Below, one piece after another: positions 18,473 to 28,357 of a stretch of 46,508 nucleotides of DNA (position 1 is its first letter; every line of letters starts with the position of its first letter). Made by a program: the position numbers and the translations under genes. Origin of the DNA: an uncultured Nitrososphaerota archaeon (lineage in GTDB: Archaea; Korarchaeota; Korarchaeia; Korarchaeales; Korarchaeaceae). Location of the stretch: contig CAZQNA010000012.1 of assembly GCA_964594835.1 (NCBI GenBank), positions 1 through 46,508 of the forward strand, given 5' to 3'. Under the pieces are notes generated by a model. It was not told the DNA's origin and did no database searches. It saw only the letters and a program-made list of their open reading frames with translations.

Positions 18473-19302
18473 CCCCCCCTCCCCCCCGAGACCGAGAGCG
18501 CCTCCAAGAGCTCCCTTGGGCTCAGCGACGGCGGGGAGATCCCAACGCCCTTCGACACCTGAACACAGACTGGCGCCGCCAATCCGGCCCTTTCAAGGGC
18601 GTCCCTCCTCGTCAGGACCTCTCTGATCCCTCCCTCGAGGATCGGCCTCCCCTCGTCCAGCACGATCACCCTCTCCGGTCTCAGGTCCACAACCCACTCC
18701 AGGTCGTGCGTGACGACCACAACCCCCCTCGACCCGCCCACGACGTTCCTGACCAGCTCCCGAATCTTCTCCTTGTTCTTGGAGTCCTGCCCTATCGTCG
18801 GCTCGTCTAGCGCAACGTAGTCTGGCTCCATGGTCAGAACAGACCCAATCGCGACCCTCTTCATCTCTCCACCGCTCAGGGACCATGGCGACTTGCCCAA
18901 GAGGTGGGTCAGGCCGAGCTCGTCCGCCACCTCCCTCGCCCTCTCCTCGGCCTCCTCCCGGCTCACCCCCAGGTTCAGGGGGCCAAACATCAGCTCGTCC
19001 AGGACCGTCTCCGAGAAGAACATCCTCTCGGGGTTCTGGAACACCAGGCCCACCTTCCCCGCCAGCTCGGACACCGGAGCCTCCCTGGTGTCCAGTCCGT
19101 CCACTGTGACCCTCCCCCTCATCTCCCCCGCGTAGAAGTGCGGTATCAGCCCGTTGAGGGTCCTCAGCAGGGTGGACTTACCGGCGCCGCTCGCTCCGAG
19201 GAGGAGGATGAACTCACCCCTCCGGATCTCCAGGCTGACCCCCCTGAGCGCGGGCGACTCCGAGCCCTCGTACCTGAACCAAACGTCCCTCAGCTCGATC
19301 AA
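18469..19302 (-). CDS. ecfA2: ECF transporter ATPase EcfA' (second copy)
   Basis: GASGAGKST, FQNPE, LSGGE, LDEPT, VTHD; TTG at 19302 overlaps the upstream TGA. Confidence 0.93.
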   Translation of the reverse strand: MIELRDVWFRYEGSESPALRGVSLEIRRGEFILLLGASGAGKSTLLRTLNGLIPHFYAGEMRGRVTVDGLDTREAPVSELAGKVGLVFQNPERMFFSETVLDELMFGPLNLGVSREEAEERAREVADELGLTHLLGKSPWSLSGGEMKRVAIGSVLTMEPDYVALDEPTIGQDSKNKEKIRELVRNVVGGSRGVVVVTHDLEWVVDLRPERVIVLDEGRPILEGGIREVLTRRDALERAGLAAPVCVQVSKGVGISPPSLSPRELLEALSVSGGRGG

Positions 19303-20168
19303 GGGCGACCGCCCCCCGCCCCCAGGACCTCTCTGAGGAGTTCCACACACTCCTCAACCGACACGGGGGCCTTTCTCTCCCTCCCAAGGAGCCCCTCCTC
19401 CGCCCCAGCCAGGTAGATCTGAACAACCCGGGGCGGCAGGACTCCGGACTCTATGACGTCGCGCCGGACCAGCACCTCAGCTGGCTCTCCGTCGGCTATG
19501 ACCCTCCCCTCACCCAGAACGACGGCCCTGCTCGCAAGCGGAGCGAAGACGTCGAGCCTGTGCTCGGACACTATGATGGTCTTCCCCTCCTCGTGTATCC
19601 TCTGGAGCGCCGAGGCGACGGCCCGCGCGGACCGGGGGTCGAGCTCTGACGTGGGTTCGTCCAGGGCCAGGTAGCTCGGCCCCATGGCCAGCACGGAGGC
19701 AATGGCGACGAGCTGCTTCTCCCCTCCCGAGAGGCTCCCCGTCCACCTCCCGAGCAGCCTCTCGATGCCGAGCACCTCGGAGACCGATCTGACCCTCTCC
19801 CTCATCTCCTCCCTGCTCAGCCCAAGGTTCTCCAGTCCAAACGCGATCTCCCTCTCCGCGGTGCCGGTCACCAGCTGGTTCTCGGGGTTCTGGAACACCA
19901 GGCCCACCTTCCCCGCCAGCTCGGACACCGGAGCCTCCCTGGTGTCCAGTCCGTCCACTGTGACCCTCCCCCTCATCTCCCCCGCGTAGAAGTGCGGTAT
20001 CAGCCCGTTGAGGGTCCTCAGCAGGGTGGACTTACCGGCGCCGCTCGCTCCGAGGAGGAGGATGAACTCACCCCTCCGGATCTCCAGGCTGACCCCCCTG
20101 AGCGCGGGCGACTCCGAGCCCTCGTACCTGAACCAAACGTCCCTCAGCTCGATCAAGGGCGACCGCCC
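19026..20168. repeat. 289-bp apparently perfect direct repeat (19026-19314 and 19880-20168)
   Basis: Base-by-base comparison by eye shows no mismatch; offset 854 bp; covers the 5' third of both ecfA genes. Confidence 0.93.
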
Positions 20169-20180
20169 ACGGCGCGTCAC
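19299..20180 (-). CDS. ecfA1: ECF transporter ATPase EcfA (first copy)
   Basis: GASGAGKST, FQNPENQ, LSGGEKQ, LDEPTSELD, SEH; start GTG 20180 or TTG 20156. Confidence 0.93.
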   Translation of the reverse strand: MTRRGRSPLIELRDVWFRYEGSESPALRGVSLEIRRGEFILLLGASGAGKSTLLRTLNGLIPHFYAGEMRGRVTVDGLDTREAPVSELAGKVGLVFQNPENQLVTGTAEREIAFGLENLGLSREEMRERVRSVSEVLGIERLLGRWTGSLSGGEKQLVAIASVLAMGPSYLALDEPTSELDPRSARAVASALQRIHEEGKTIIVSEHRLDVFAPLASRAVVLGEGRVIADGEPAEVLVRRDVIESGVLPPRVVQIYLAGAEEGLLGRERKAPVSVEECVELLREVLGAGGGRP

Positions 20181-20194
20181 CCCTCGTTCAAAGG

Positions 20195-20202
20195 TTTTAT
20201 AA
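20195..20202. promoter_or_regulatory. TATA box between divergent ecfA1 and rps3ae
   Basis: TTTTATAA in a GC-rich background. Confidence 0.6.
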
Positions 20203-20248
20203 TCCGATACACGCGCGGGGTCCTGAAGCTCGGGAGAGGTCGTCAGAA

Positions 20249-20902
20249 ATGCCGAGGAGACGAAGGGCGAAGAAGCAGGCGAAGGCCTGGTACGACGTGT
20301 ACGCGGCCGACATATTCCCTGGCCAGTGGCTCGGTGAGACTCCGGCGTCTGACCCCTCCCTCCTGATGGGGAGGAGGGTTGAGGTCTCCCTCAGGGACAT
20401 AACCGGGGACTTCATGCACGAGAAGTACAAGCTCTGGTTCATGATCTACAGGGTGGAGGGCACCAAGGCCTTCGCCAAGTTCAACAGGATGGAGCTGAAC
20501 AGGGACTACCTCAGGTCCATCGTCCAGAGGAGGACCAGCAGGATCGACGTCCAGTCGGAGGGCGTGACGAAGGACGGTCACCTCGTCAGGTACTTCAACA
20601 TCATAATCACCGCGGTCCGGATAAGGCACAGCCAGCAGTCGGACATTAGGAAGAGGGTCAACTCCTTCATGGAGGAGCTCATACCCCAGCTCACGCTCGA
20701 GGAGCTGGTCAGGGCCGCGATACTCGGAGACGGGGTCCCGGTCTCCTCTCAGGTCGCCTCAATCTCCACCAAGATAGCCCCCATAAGGAACGTCGAGCCG
20801 AGGAAGCTGGTGGTCCTCAGGTACGGTGAGGAGGAGCCTGGAATACCCGAGGGGGTTGCCCTCGAGATTGAAAGCAGTCCTCCTGGCGGCGGGGGAGGGT
20901 AG
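20249..20902 (+). CDS. rps3ae: 30S ribosomal protein eS1 (S3Ae)
   Basis: KAWYDVYA, GRRVEVSL.DITGD, RDYLRSIVQRRTSRID, TKDG. Confidence 0.95.
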   Translation: MPRRRRAKKQAKAWYDVYAADIFPGQWLGETPASDPSLLMGRRVEVSLRDITGDFMHEKYKLWFMIYRVEGTKAFAKFNRMELNRDYLRSIVQRRTSRIDVQSEGVTKDGHLVRYFNIIITAVRIRHSQQSDIRKRVNSFMEELIPQLTLEELVRAAILGDGVPVSSQVASISTKIAPIRNVEPRKLVVLRYGEEEPGIPEGVALEIESSPPGGGGG

Positions 20903-21977
20903 ACGGCTCAGGCCCGTGACCCTCGACAGGCCCAAGCCCGTCATCCCCCTCGCGGGCTTCTCGCTGGCTCACTATCACCTCTCCCTCCTCTCCTCCGTCG
21001 GCGTGGATGAAGTGGCGGTCGTCGTGGGCTTTGGAGAGGAGAAGGTGAGGTCGGCCCTGGGGGACGGCCGCGAGCTGGACCTGGAGATCACGTACCTGAG
21101 GCAAGAGCGCCAGCTGGGGACGGCTCACGCCCTGCTGGTGGCGGAGAGATGGGTGGGTGACTCCGAGCCGTTTCTCCTGATATATTCCGACGTCTACCTC
21201 CCCCCGGAGACCCCTGGCGCCCTGATCTCGGCCGTGGAGGACCGCGAAGCCGAGGCCGCGGTCGCCGTGGCCTCGGTTGAGAGGCCCTGGGAGTTCGGCG
21301 TGGTGGAGGCCGACCCCGACGGCCGCCTGAGGAGGATAGTCGAGAAGCCCGAGAGGGGAGAGGAGCCCTCTGACCTCGTGATAGCCGGAGCCTTCGCGTT
21401 CGGACGGTCGATATTCGGAGAGCTTGGGGAGATCGAGGTCTCCCCGAGGGGAGAGCTGGAGCTGACGGACGCGATCACCTCTCTGGCCGAGGGGGGAGGC
21501 GTTCACCTGGTCCGGATCGGAGACCGCTGGACGGACGCCGGGAGGCCTGCCGATCTGCTCAAGGCGTCCGCTTACCTCCTGGACGACGTCGCTCGGGCCA
21601 GGGTACCCAGGTCTCTCCTCGAGCTCGTCAAGGGGAGGTTCTACCTCAGTGAGACGGAGGAGAGGGGGGTCGAGGTCAGCCCCCCGTCCTACGTCGGTCC
21701 GGGGTGCGACCTGGGTCGGGGCTCGTCGATCGGCCCATACGCCGTGCTCGAGGGTTCGAACGCTGTGGGCGTGAGATCCTCGGTCGAGAGGTCCCTACTC
21801 CTCGCTGGCGCCTCGGTCGGAGGGGGATCCCGCCTGAGCGGGGCGGTCCTCTGCTCGGGCTCGGGCGTCCCCGCGGGTACCCAGGCGGCCCCAGGCGACG
21901 CGGGTTTCTCTCTGGTGGTTGGTCCTGGCCGCAGGCTTCAGGACGTTAGTCCCCCGGCCGGGACCGTCGTCTGGTGA
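20868..21977 (+). CDS. Sugar-phosphate nucleotidyltransferase (RmlA/GlmU-like) with beta-helix tail
   Basis: LLAAGEGRRLRPVT..RPKP, QLGTAHA, VEKP, SPRGELELTD; TTG at 20868. Confidence 0.9.
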   Translation: MKAVLLAAGEGRRLRPVTLDRPKPVIPLAGFSLAHYHLSLLSSVGVDEVAVVVGFGEEKVRSALGDGRELDLEITYLRQERQLGTAHALLVAERWVGDSEPFLLIYSDVYLPPETPGALISAVEDREAEAAVAVASVERPWEFGVVEADPDGRLRRIVEKPERGEEPSDLVIAGAFAFGRSIFGELGEIEVSPRGELELTDAITSLAEGGGVHLVRIGDRWTDAGRPADLLKASAYLLDDVARARVPRSLLELVKGRFYLSETEERGVEVSPPSYVGPGCDLGRGSSIGPYAVLEGSNAVGVRSSVERSLLLAGASVGGGSRLSGAVLCSGSGVPAGTQAAPGDAGFSLVVGPGRRLQDVSPPAGTVVW

Positions 21978-21980
21978 GGG

Positions 21981-23177
21981 TCACTTCTTCAGCACGATCT
22001 TGATGACGTCCCCGCTCTTGAGGACGTAGTCGAGCCCCAGCCGCATCTTAGTCCTGGCGTCGATCCCGAAGGCCGCCTTCTCTCCGATCTCGCTGTGTAT
22101 GGCGTAGGCCAGGTCCTTCAGGGTCGCCCCCCTCTCCAGCAGGAGCGCGTCGGGCAGGACCCTGCCGTCCTTGTCGGTGTACCTCGTCTCGTTCTCGACC
22201 GGGAAGACGACGACCCCCCCGGCGATCTTCAGGGCGGCCCTGTCGAGCGCCTCCTGGACCCCGGTCCCCCCGAACTTGTCGAGGACCCTCTCCTCCACAA
22301 GCCTCAGCGCGCGCCTCTGGGCCTCGGTCAGCCTCCCCTCGTCCACGACCGTGAACTCCGGGTCCCCGGGCTCGTACCTGATCAGGCCAGCGGCGGCGGC
22401 CCTCCTGAGGATGAGCTCCGCCTCCGCCGAGGTTGGCACGACGGCCTCTCCGTACCTCTCCCTGAGCGCCCTGACATTCTCCTCCGCCTCGGGGACGTCT
22501 ACCTTGTTTGCGGCTATCAGAAACGGCTTAGAGAGTTCCCTGAGGATGCGAGAGAACCGCACGAGATCCTCCTCCCCGACCCCGTCGAGGGACCTCAGAC
22601 TTATCCCCGCGGCCTCCGCCGCCTTCACCACCTCCCTCCTCCCGATGGCGAGTCCAGAGAGGACCTCTGAGAGCGCCTCGTCCGGCTTCGACCCGGCCCT
22701 CACCCTCCTGACCACCCTGTCCAGGTTCTTGCGGATGATCCCGGCGATCCACCTCGCGAACTCCTCCTCGACGATCTCCACGTCCCTCGCGGGATCGTGC
22801 GTTCCGGGAGGGACCGGATTGCCCTCGTCGTCCGTCCCCCCGGAGGCGTCGACCACGAGGATGTTCACGGTCGCCCTCCTCAGGTCGTCGAGGAACTTGT
22901 TTCCCAGCCCCCTCCCTGCGTGGGCGCCGATCACGAGTCCGGCGACGTCGAGGAGCTTCACGGGGACGTATCTGTGCCTCCCGTTGCACCACCCGTACTT
23001 CGGCTCGCAGCGGACCCCGAGCTCGGTGCAGGCCGACGCCACCCTGACGAACCCCACGCCCTCGTTTGGCTCTATCGTGACGAACGGTCTGTTGCCCCTC
23101 TCGGCCTCCACGAGAGTTGCGGCGGAGAAGAAGGTCGTCTTGCCCACGTTGGTCTTCCCGACGACCCCTATGAGCAT
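21981..23177 (-). CDS. ychF: Obg-family YchF-like NTPase (archaeal)
   Basis: GKTNVGKTT, PFVTIEPN, DVAGLV, GLGNKFLDDL, NKVD, C-terminal TGS domain. Confidence 0.92.
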   Translation of the reverse strand: MLIGVVGKTNVGKTTFFSAATLVEAERGNRPFVTIEPNEGVGFVRVASACTELGVRCEPKYGWCNGRHRYVPVKLLDVAGLVIGAHAGRGLGNKFLDDLRRATVNILVVDASGGTDDEGNPVPPGTHDPARDVEIVEEEFARWIAGIIRKNLDRVVRRVRAGSKPDEALSEVLSGLAIGRREVVKAAEAAGISLRSLDGVGEEDLVRFSRILRELSKPFLIAANKVDVPEAEENVRALRERYGEAVVPTSAEAELILRRAAAAGLIRYEPGDPEFTVVDEGRLTEAQRRALRLVEERVLDKFGGTGVQEALDRAALKIAGGVVVFPVENETRYTDKDGRVLPDALLLERGATLKDLAYAIHSEIGEKAAFGIDARTKMRLGLDYVLKSGDVIKIVLKK

Positions 23178-23253
23178 CCCAACACCCGGCTCGTCAAGGT
23201 TTAAAACCCCGGCCGTGGTCGCCCGCGGCGAGGAGTGAAAAGGGGGTTCTGAC

Positions 23254-23832
23254 GTGGCGAGGTACTACGAGACATACCTGTGGCGCAGGAGGAAGGAACT
23301 CCCCGAGCTGGTCGACCTGTGGCGGGGCAGGCTGGCCGAGTGGAGGAGGCAGCCGGCGGTGGTCAGGGTCGAGAGGCCCACCCGCCCAGACAGGGCGAGG
23401 GAGCTCGGCTATCGCGCGAAGCAGGGCTTCGTCGTAGCGAGGGTCAGGGTCAGAAAGGGAGGCAGGAGGAGGCCTAGGCCGAGGGCCGGGAGGAAGCAGG
23501 CCGGGATGGGCGTCCTCAAGCTCACCCCCGGCAAGAGCATAAGGTGGATTGCCGAGGAGAGGGCCGCCCGGAAGTTCCCGAACCTGGAGGTCCTCAACTC
23601 CTACTACGTCGCCGAGGACGGGGTCTACAAGTGGTACGAGGTGATCCTCGTGGACCCGCACCACCCAGCCGTCAGGGGCGACCCGAGGATCAACTGGATC
23701 CTGAACCCCGCCAACAAGAGGAGGGTCTTCCGAGGGCTCACCAGCGCCGGCAAGAAGGCCAGGGGGCTCAGGAAGTTTAGGGGCATTCCCCCGGTAGTGA
23801 AGCGATTTAAGAGGAAGAGGAGGGAGGCCTGA
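23254..23832 (+). CDS. rpl15e: 50S ribosomal protein eL15
   Basis: [33 protein letters not shown]. Confidence 0.98.
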   Translation: MARYYETYLWRRRKELPELVDLWRGRLAEWRRQPAVVRVERPTRPDRARELGYRAKQGFVVARVRVRKGGRRRPRPRAGRKQAGMGVLKLTPGKSIRWIAEERAARKFPNLEVLNSYYVAEDGVYKWYEVILVDPHHPAVRGDPRINWILNPANKRRVFRGLTSAGKKARGLRKFRGIPPVVKRFKRKRREA

Positions 23833-23846
23833 GGGGATCTGGTCCT

Positions 23847-24308
23847 GTGCCCCCCCTCGACTGGAGCATAAGGGTCTCGAGACTGGTCGTCAGGACCTTC
23901 TGCTACCCCACCGAGGAGAGGGGGGTGGTAGAGGGGCTGCTCCTGGGCCTGATCCCCGAGGACCTTGCGGAGGCCGTCAGGCTGGAGCGCTCGAGGCTCA
24001 AGAGCGCCCACAAGTACACCTTCGAGGAACTCCGCCTGGACCTGAGGGGGAGGGACGCCGCGGACGCGCTGATCAGGATCCTGGCGTCCCTCCCGGAGTC
24101 AGACAGGCTCGAGCTGGCCCGGTCTCTCCCTGACAGGGTTGAGGGCAGCAGGCTGTACCTTCGCCTCGACAAGCAGGAGCTGGCCTCCGGCTCCACAAGG
24201 CTCTACAGAGGGGGGATCGGGGGTCACGTCCACGTGGTGGCGAGCTTTCGGGGCCCAGTCCCCCTGGAGACCCTGCTTCGCCTCTTGGAGGGAGGGGAAT
24301 CGGACTGA
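23847..24308 (+). CDS. UPF0201/DUF54 predicted RNA-binding protein
   Basis: YPTEE and LYLRLDKQ motifs; conserved position after rpl15e. Confidence 0.85.
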   Translation: MPPLDWSIRVSRLVVRTFCYPTEERGVVEGLLLGLIPEDLAEAVRLERSRLKSAHKYTFEELRLDLRGRDAADALIRILASLPESDRLELARSLPDRVEGSRLYLRLDKQELASGSTRLYRGGIGGHVHVVASFRGPVPLETLLRLLEGGESD

Positions 24309-25003
24309 GGAGGTTTGTCTACCTGAAGCTCAGGGGGGCCCCGGGAGAGGGGTCCCCGACGGAGCTTGCCGAGCTCAAGAGGCTCGGCTACTCCTCCGTC
24401 GTTGTCGACGTCCCTCCGGGGGAGTGGTCGCGGGAGGCCATGGAGAGGGTGAGGGCGCTGGCCCCACCCGGGATGTCGGTATACTCCTCGGTGGAGGTTA
24501 ACGCCGAGGAGGACCCGAACTGGAGGTCGACCCTGGCCAGCGTCAGGCCGGTGCCCGACTACCTCTCCGTCAGGGTCGCATCCCTCGCCGACGCACGAGC
24601 GGTCAGCATCATAAAGTCCGTGGACTCGATAGTTCTGTCCCCCTCCGCCGAAGACCTGTACTGGGACCTGGTCTCCGCCAGGGAGGCGGCCAGAACCCGC
24701 AAGGTGGTCGAGGTCCCCCTTTCCCCGCTCCTCTTAGAGCTGACCTCCAACACGCTGTCCCGGGCCCGCCTCAGGAGGCTGAGGATCATGCTGGCGATCT
24801 CCAAGAGGGTCGGCCTCCCGATCGTCGCCTCGGACCCTCGCGCTGAGTCTCCCGTTCAGCCAATCCTGGCGGCCGCCGCCGTCTCCTCCATCCTCTCCCT
24901 CTCCTGGGACGAGGCTCTCGACTCCCTGAGCTCTCGGATCTCGGCAATCCTCTCTGGAGAGAGGAGGCTGTTCCTGAGGGGGTATGATCAGGTTGAGGGT
25001 TAA
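24305..25003 (+). CDS. RNase P protein Rpp30-like (divergent), probable CTG start
   Basis: Frame of the 24440 ORF is open upstream and reads LRRFVYLKL...KRLGYSSVVV, like Rpp30 N-termini; lies between DUF54 and Pop5. Confidence 0.75.
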   Translation: MRRFVYLKLRGAPGEGSPTELAELKRLGYSSVVVDVPPGEWSREAMERVRALAPPGMSVYSSVEVNAEEDPNWRSTLASVRPVPDYLSVRVASLADARAVSIIKSVDSIVLSPSAEDLYWDLVSAREAARTRKVVEVPLSPLLLELTSNTLSRARLRRLRIMLAISKRVGLPIVASDPRAESPVQPILAAAAVSSILSLSWDEALDSLSSRISAILSGERRLFLRGYDQVEG

Positions 25004-25352
25004 GCTGCCGAGGGGCCTCCTCGGTCGGAGGAGGTACGTGTCCTTCAGGCTGATCCCGAGAGGCGAGGAGGGGTTTCCCCCTAGGGATCGGGTGGAGGGG
25101 GCCCTCGAGGAGGCGGCCGCGCGGCTCTTTGGAGCCCTCGGCTCAGCCGACCTAGACCTCTCACTCAAGTTCTACTCTCAGAGGACCGGCTCCGGGGTGC
25201 TGAGGACGGACAACAGGTCCCTGGGGGAGGCGCTTACCGTCCTCCTGACTGCGGCCTCCCTCGTGGGCCCATTCACCGTGGAGGTGGGCGCCGTGTCTGG
25301 AACGCTCCGGGGGCTTTCCAGGAGGTCTCGCTCCCGGACCAAAACTCTATAA
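24984..25352 (+). CDS. RNase P protein Pop5/Rpp14
   Basis: RRRYVSF, LFGALG, GVLR, VSGTLR. Confidence 0.9.
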   Translation: MIRLRVKLPRGLLGRRRYVSFRLIPRGEEGFPPRDRVEGALEEAAARLFGALGSADLDLSLKFYSQRTGSGVLRTDNRSLGEALTVLLTAASLVGPFTVEVGAVSGTLRGLSRRSRSRTKTL

Positions 25353-25395
25353 CCGAGAAAGTGTCGAACGCCTTCGAGTTCAGAGGTGGTTTTGA

Positions 25396-26136
25396 ATGTT
25401 CCCCCAAATGGCCAGTGGATACGACCGCGCAATTACCGTGTTCAGCCCCGACGGTAGGCTACTTCAGGTCGAATACGCGCTCGCCGCCACCAAGAGGACC
25501 CCCCTGGCGGTCGGCATCAAGAGCGCGGGGGGAGTGGTCCTGGTCGCCAGCAGGAGGCAGGCATCCCCCCTGGCAAGCCCGCCCGAGAAGATCTACATGA
25601 TAGACGAGCACATTGGCGCCATAGCCGCCGGCCTCATCGGGGACGGCCTGGTCCTGGTCGACAGGAGCAGGGTGGAGGCCCAGTACCACAGGCTGATATA
25701 CGGGGAGCCCATCACGGTGAGGAACCTGGCCAAGAGGGTGGCCCTCTTCAAGCAGCAGTTCACGCAGTACGCTGGCCTGAGACCCTTCGGCGTCATAATG
25801 ATATACGGGGGCGTGGACAGCCAGCCTGAGCTCTTCGTGACGCACCCAGGGGGGGCCTACTACTCGTACTCGGCCTTTGCCGTGGGCAGGAACTCGGAGA
25901 AGGTGAACGAGTTCCTGAAGGAGAACTACAACTACGACCTGGACCTTAAGGGGACCGCGTTCCTGGTCTTTCGGGCCATCACGGAGGCTTCGGAGACCAA
26001 GGAGGAGCTCAGGCCAGAGACCCTGGAGATAGCCGTCATCCCGGCGGACGAGAGGAGGTTCAGAACCCTCTCCCACGAGGAGGTGGCCTCCCTCCTGGGA
26101 GAGTGGGGTGGGCCGGGGGAGGGCGGCCAGGCTTAA
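25396..26136 (+). CDS. psmA: Proteasome alpha subunit
   Basis: GYDRAITVFSPDGRLLQVEYA, RPFGV. Confidence 0.98.
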   Translation: MFPQMASGYDRAITVFSPDGRLLQVEYALAATKRTPLAVGIKSAGGVVLVASRRQASPLASPPEKIYMIDEHIGAIAAGLIGDGLVLVDRSRVEAQYHRLIYGEPITVRNLAKRVALFKQQFTQYAGLRPFGVIMIYGGVDSQPELFVTHPGGAYYSYSAFAVGRNSEKVNEFLKENYNYDLDLKGTAFLVFRAITEASETKEELRPETLEIAVIPADERRFRTLSHEEVASLLGEWGGPGEGGQA

Positions 26137-26172
26137 ACGGGTCCGCGATCTAATCTCATCGGGTGCCCTGAG

Positions 26173-26862
26173 TTGCCGGAGACCGTGTTGGCTCGGCTCA
26201 GCAGGGGCGGGAAGAGGTTCGAGATCTTCGTTTACGCCGAGCCGGCCTACGAGTTCAGGGAGGGTAAGAGAAAGTCCCTGGAGGGCGTCCTCGCGGTCGA
26301 ACAGGTCTTCACCGACGCCAGGAAGTCCCTAAAGGCATCCGCGCAGGACCTGAAGAAGGCGTTCGGGACTGACGACGTATACAGGATAGCCGAGGTCATA
26401 CTCAGGGAGGGGGACGTACAGCTCACGGCCGAGTACAGGAGGAAGCTGAGGGAGGAGAGGCTCCGCTGGATAGTGAACTATATCCACAAGAACTTCGTCG
26501 ACCCAAAGACGGGCCTTCCGCACCCGCCCTCCAGGATAGAGAGGGCCCTGTCAGAGGCCAAGGTCAAGATCGACCCGCTCCGCGAGCCAGAGACTCAGAT
26601 CAAGGAGGTGGTGGAGTCCCTCCGCCGCGTCCTCCCACTCAAGTCGGGGGCCGTGGTCATGGAGATCAGCGTTCCGGCCGGCTCCTACGGCAAGCTCAGG
26701 TCCCTCCTCTCGGGACAGGGGGACGTGCTGGGAGAGGAGTGGAGCGGGGACGGGACCACCGTGACGATAACCCTCCGCGCGCCGCTGGGGTCTCAGGTTC
26801 TTATACTGGAGAGGGTGGGTCAGGCCGGTGGAGAGGTTAGGGTGATCAGGGAAGAGGGGTAA
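26173..26862 (+). CDS. Ribosome maturation factor SBDS/Sdo1
   Basis: GKRFEI, AFGTDD, QLTAEYRR, DPKTGLPHPPSRIE. Confidence 0.96.
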   Translation: MPETVLARLSRGGKRFEIFVYAEPAYEFREGKRKSLEGVLAVEQVFTDARKSLKASAQDLKKAFGTDDVYRIAEVILREGDVQLTAEYRRKLREERLRWIVNYIHKNFVDPKTGLPHPPSRIERALSEAKVKIDPLREPETQIKEVVESLRRVLPLKSGAVVMEISVPAGSYGKLRSLLSGQGDVLGEEWSGDGTTVTITLRAPLGSQVLILERVGQAGGEVRVIREEG

Positions 26863-26865
26863 GGG

Positions 26866-27594
26866 TTGAGGTCGGGAAGTAGAGAGCCTAAGATTCTGGT
26901 CGCGAACAGAGATCTCGTCCTTCCGGGCCAGCCCCTGGCCGTCGGCCCCATCAGGCCGGGTGACTACGTCTACGTGGACAGGAAGGGCGTGCTCAGGTCC
27001 ACGAAGGTGGGCCTCGCCGACATCCGGGAGGGGGAGATAAGGGTCGTCCCGCTGGCCGGGAGCTACATCCCCAGAGAGGGGGACCTGGTCGTGGGCACCG
27101 TCAGCAGGGTTGCTGGCAACACGATCCTCGTCAACATCAACTCCGCCTATCCCGGCGTAATCATCCCCCCGAGGGGACTCAGGGGCAGGGCTAGGGCGAA
27201 GTACAACCTTGCGCCGGGAGACCTGGTTCTGGCCAAGGTCAAGGCCTTCGACGGCGTTTCTTCCCCCCTGCTCTCGATAGACGGGGAGGGCCTCGGCAAG
27301 CTGATAGGGGGGAGGGTGTACATGATCAACCCCACAAGGGTCCCCCGGGTCATAGGGAAGCGCCAGTCCATGCTCATGCTCCTGAAGAGCAAGCTCGGGC
27401 CCGATATCGTGGTGGGACAGAACGGGGTCATATGGTTCAAGCCCAAGTCGTTCGAGCACGCGCTCCTTATGGAGAGGGTCCTCAGGAAGATAGAGAGGGA
27501 GTCCCACGTCTCCGGCCTGAGCGACAGGGTCCTGAGGCTGATAGAGGGCTCCGAAGCCCCCGGAACCCGATCAGACGAGACTGGGGAGGTGTAG
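26866..27594 (+). CDS. rrp4: Exosome RNA-binding subunit Rrp4
   Basis: YIPREGDLVVG (S1), PRVIGK and GQNGVIW (KH). Confidence 0.95.
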   Translation: MRSGSREPKILVANRDLVLPGQPLAVGPIRPGDYVYVDRKGVLRSTKVGLADIREGEIRVVPLAGSYIPREGDLVVGTVSRVAGNTILVNINSAYPGVIIPPRGLRGRARAKYNLAPGDLVLAKVKAFDGVSSPLLSIDGEGLGKLIGGRVYMINPTRVPRVIGKRQSMLMLLKSKLGPDIVVGQNGVIWFKPKSFEHALLMERVLRKIERESHVSGLSDRVLRLIEGSEAPGTRSDETGEV

Positions 27595-27595
27595 T

Positions 27596-28357
27596 ATGTT
27601 GCCGCTCATAGTGGAGAAGAGGCCGGAGGTCCTCATAACGGAGGACGGGAGGAGAACCGATGGGAGGGGCCCCCTGGACCTTCGTCCCATCAAGATACAG
27701 GTGGGGGTGCTGAGCAGGGCGGATGGCTCGGCCTACCTCGAGTGGGGGGGCAACAGGGTCTTGGCCGCGGTATTCGGGCCGAGGGAGGTCCACCCCAAGC
27801 ACATGGCCCTCCCGGACAGGGCGCTCCTGAGGTGCAGGTACAACATGGCGCCCTTCTCCACCCCGGAGAGGAAGAGGCCCGGCCCGGACAGGAGGAGCGT
27901 TGAGCTCTCAAAGGTGATTAGGGAGGCGCTCCTTCCGTCCATATTCGTCGAGAAGTATCCCGGGACCGCGATAGACGTGTTCGTCGAGATCCTGAGATCC
28001 GACGCCGGGACTAGGGTGGCCGGAACGACGGCGGCCTCCCTCGCCCTCGCCAACGCCGGGATAGAGATGAGGGGCCTCGTGACGGCAGTCGCCGTCGGCC
28101 GAGTCGGCGACTGGGTCATCGTCGATCCCAATCACGACGAGGACCAGTGGGGTGACGCCGACATACCGGTGGCCTTCCTCATGGAGGAGAAGGAGATAAC
28201 CCTGCTCCAGCTCGACGGCCCCATGACGGAGGAGCAGTTCGACAGGGCCCTGGAGCTCGCGTCACAGGCCGCCGACCTGATCTACGAGGTCCAGAGGGAG
28301 GCCCTGAGGAGGCCCTACGAGGCCGTCAGGCTCGAGATCCTCAAGGGAGGTGAGTGA
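27596..28357 (+). CDS. rrp41: Exosome exonuclease Rrp41
   Basis: RTDGR, ADGSAY, YNMAPFS, DAGTR. Confidence 0.97.
   Translation: MLPLIVEKRPEVLITEDGRRTDGRGPLDLRPIKIQVGVLSRADGSAYLEWGGNRVLAAVFGPREVHPKHMALPDRALLRCRYNMAPFSTPERKRPGPDRRSVELSKVIREALLPSIFVEKYPGTAIDVFVEILRSDAGTRVAGTTAASLALANAGIEMRGLVTAVAVGRVGDWVIVDPNHDEDQWGDADIPVAFLMEEKEITLLQLDGPMTEEQFDRALELASQAADLIYEVQREALRRPYEAVRLEILKGGE

Noticed and set aside
23207-23253. Possible K-turn or sRNA in the rpl15e leader
   Set aside because: Only partial box-like motifs and no convincing stem or guide spacing
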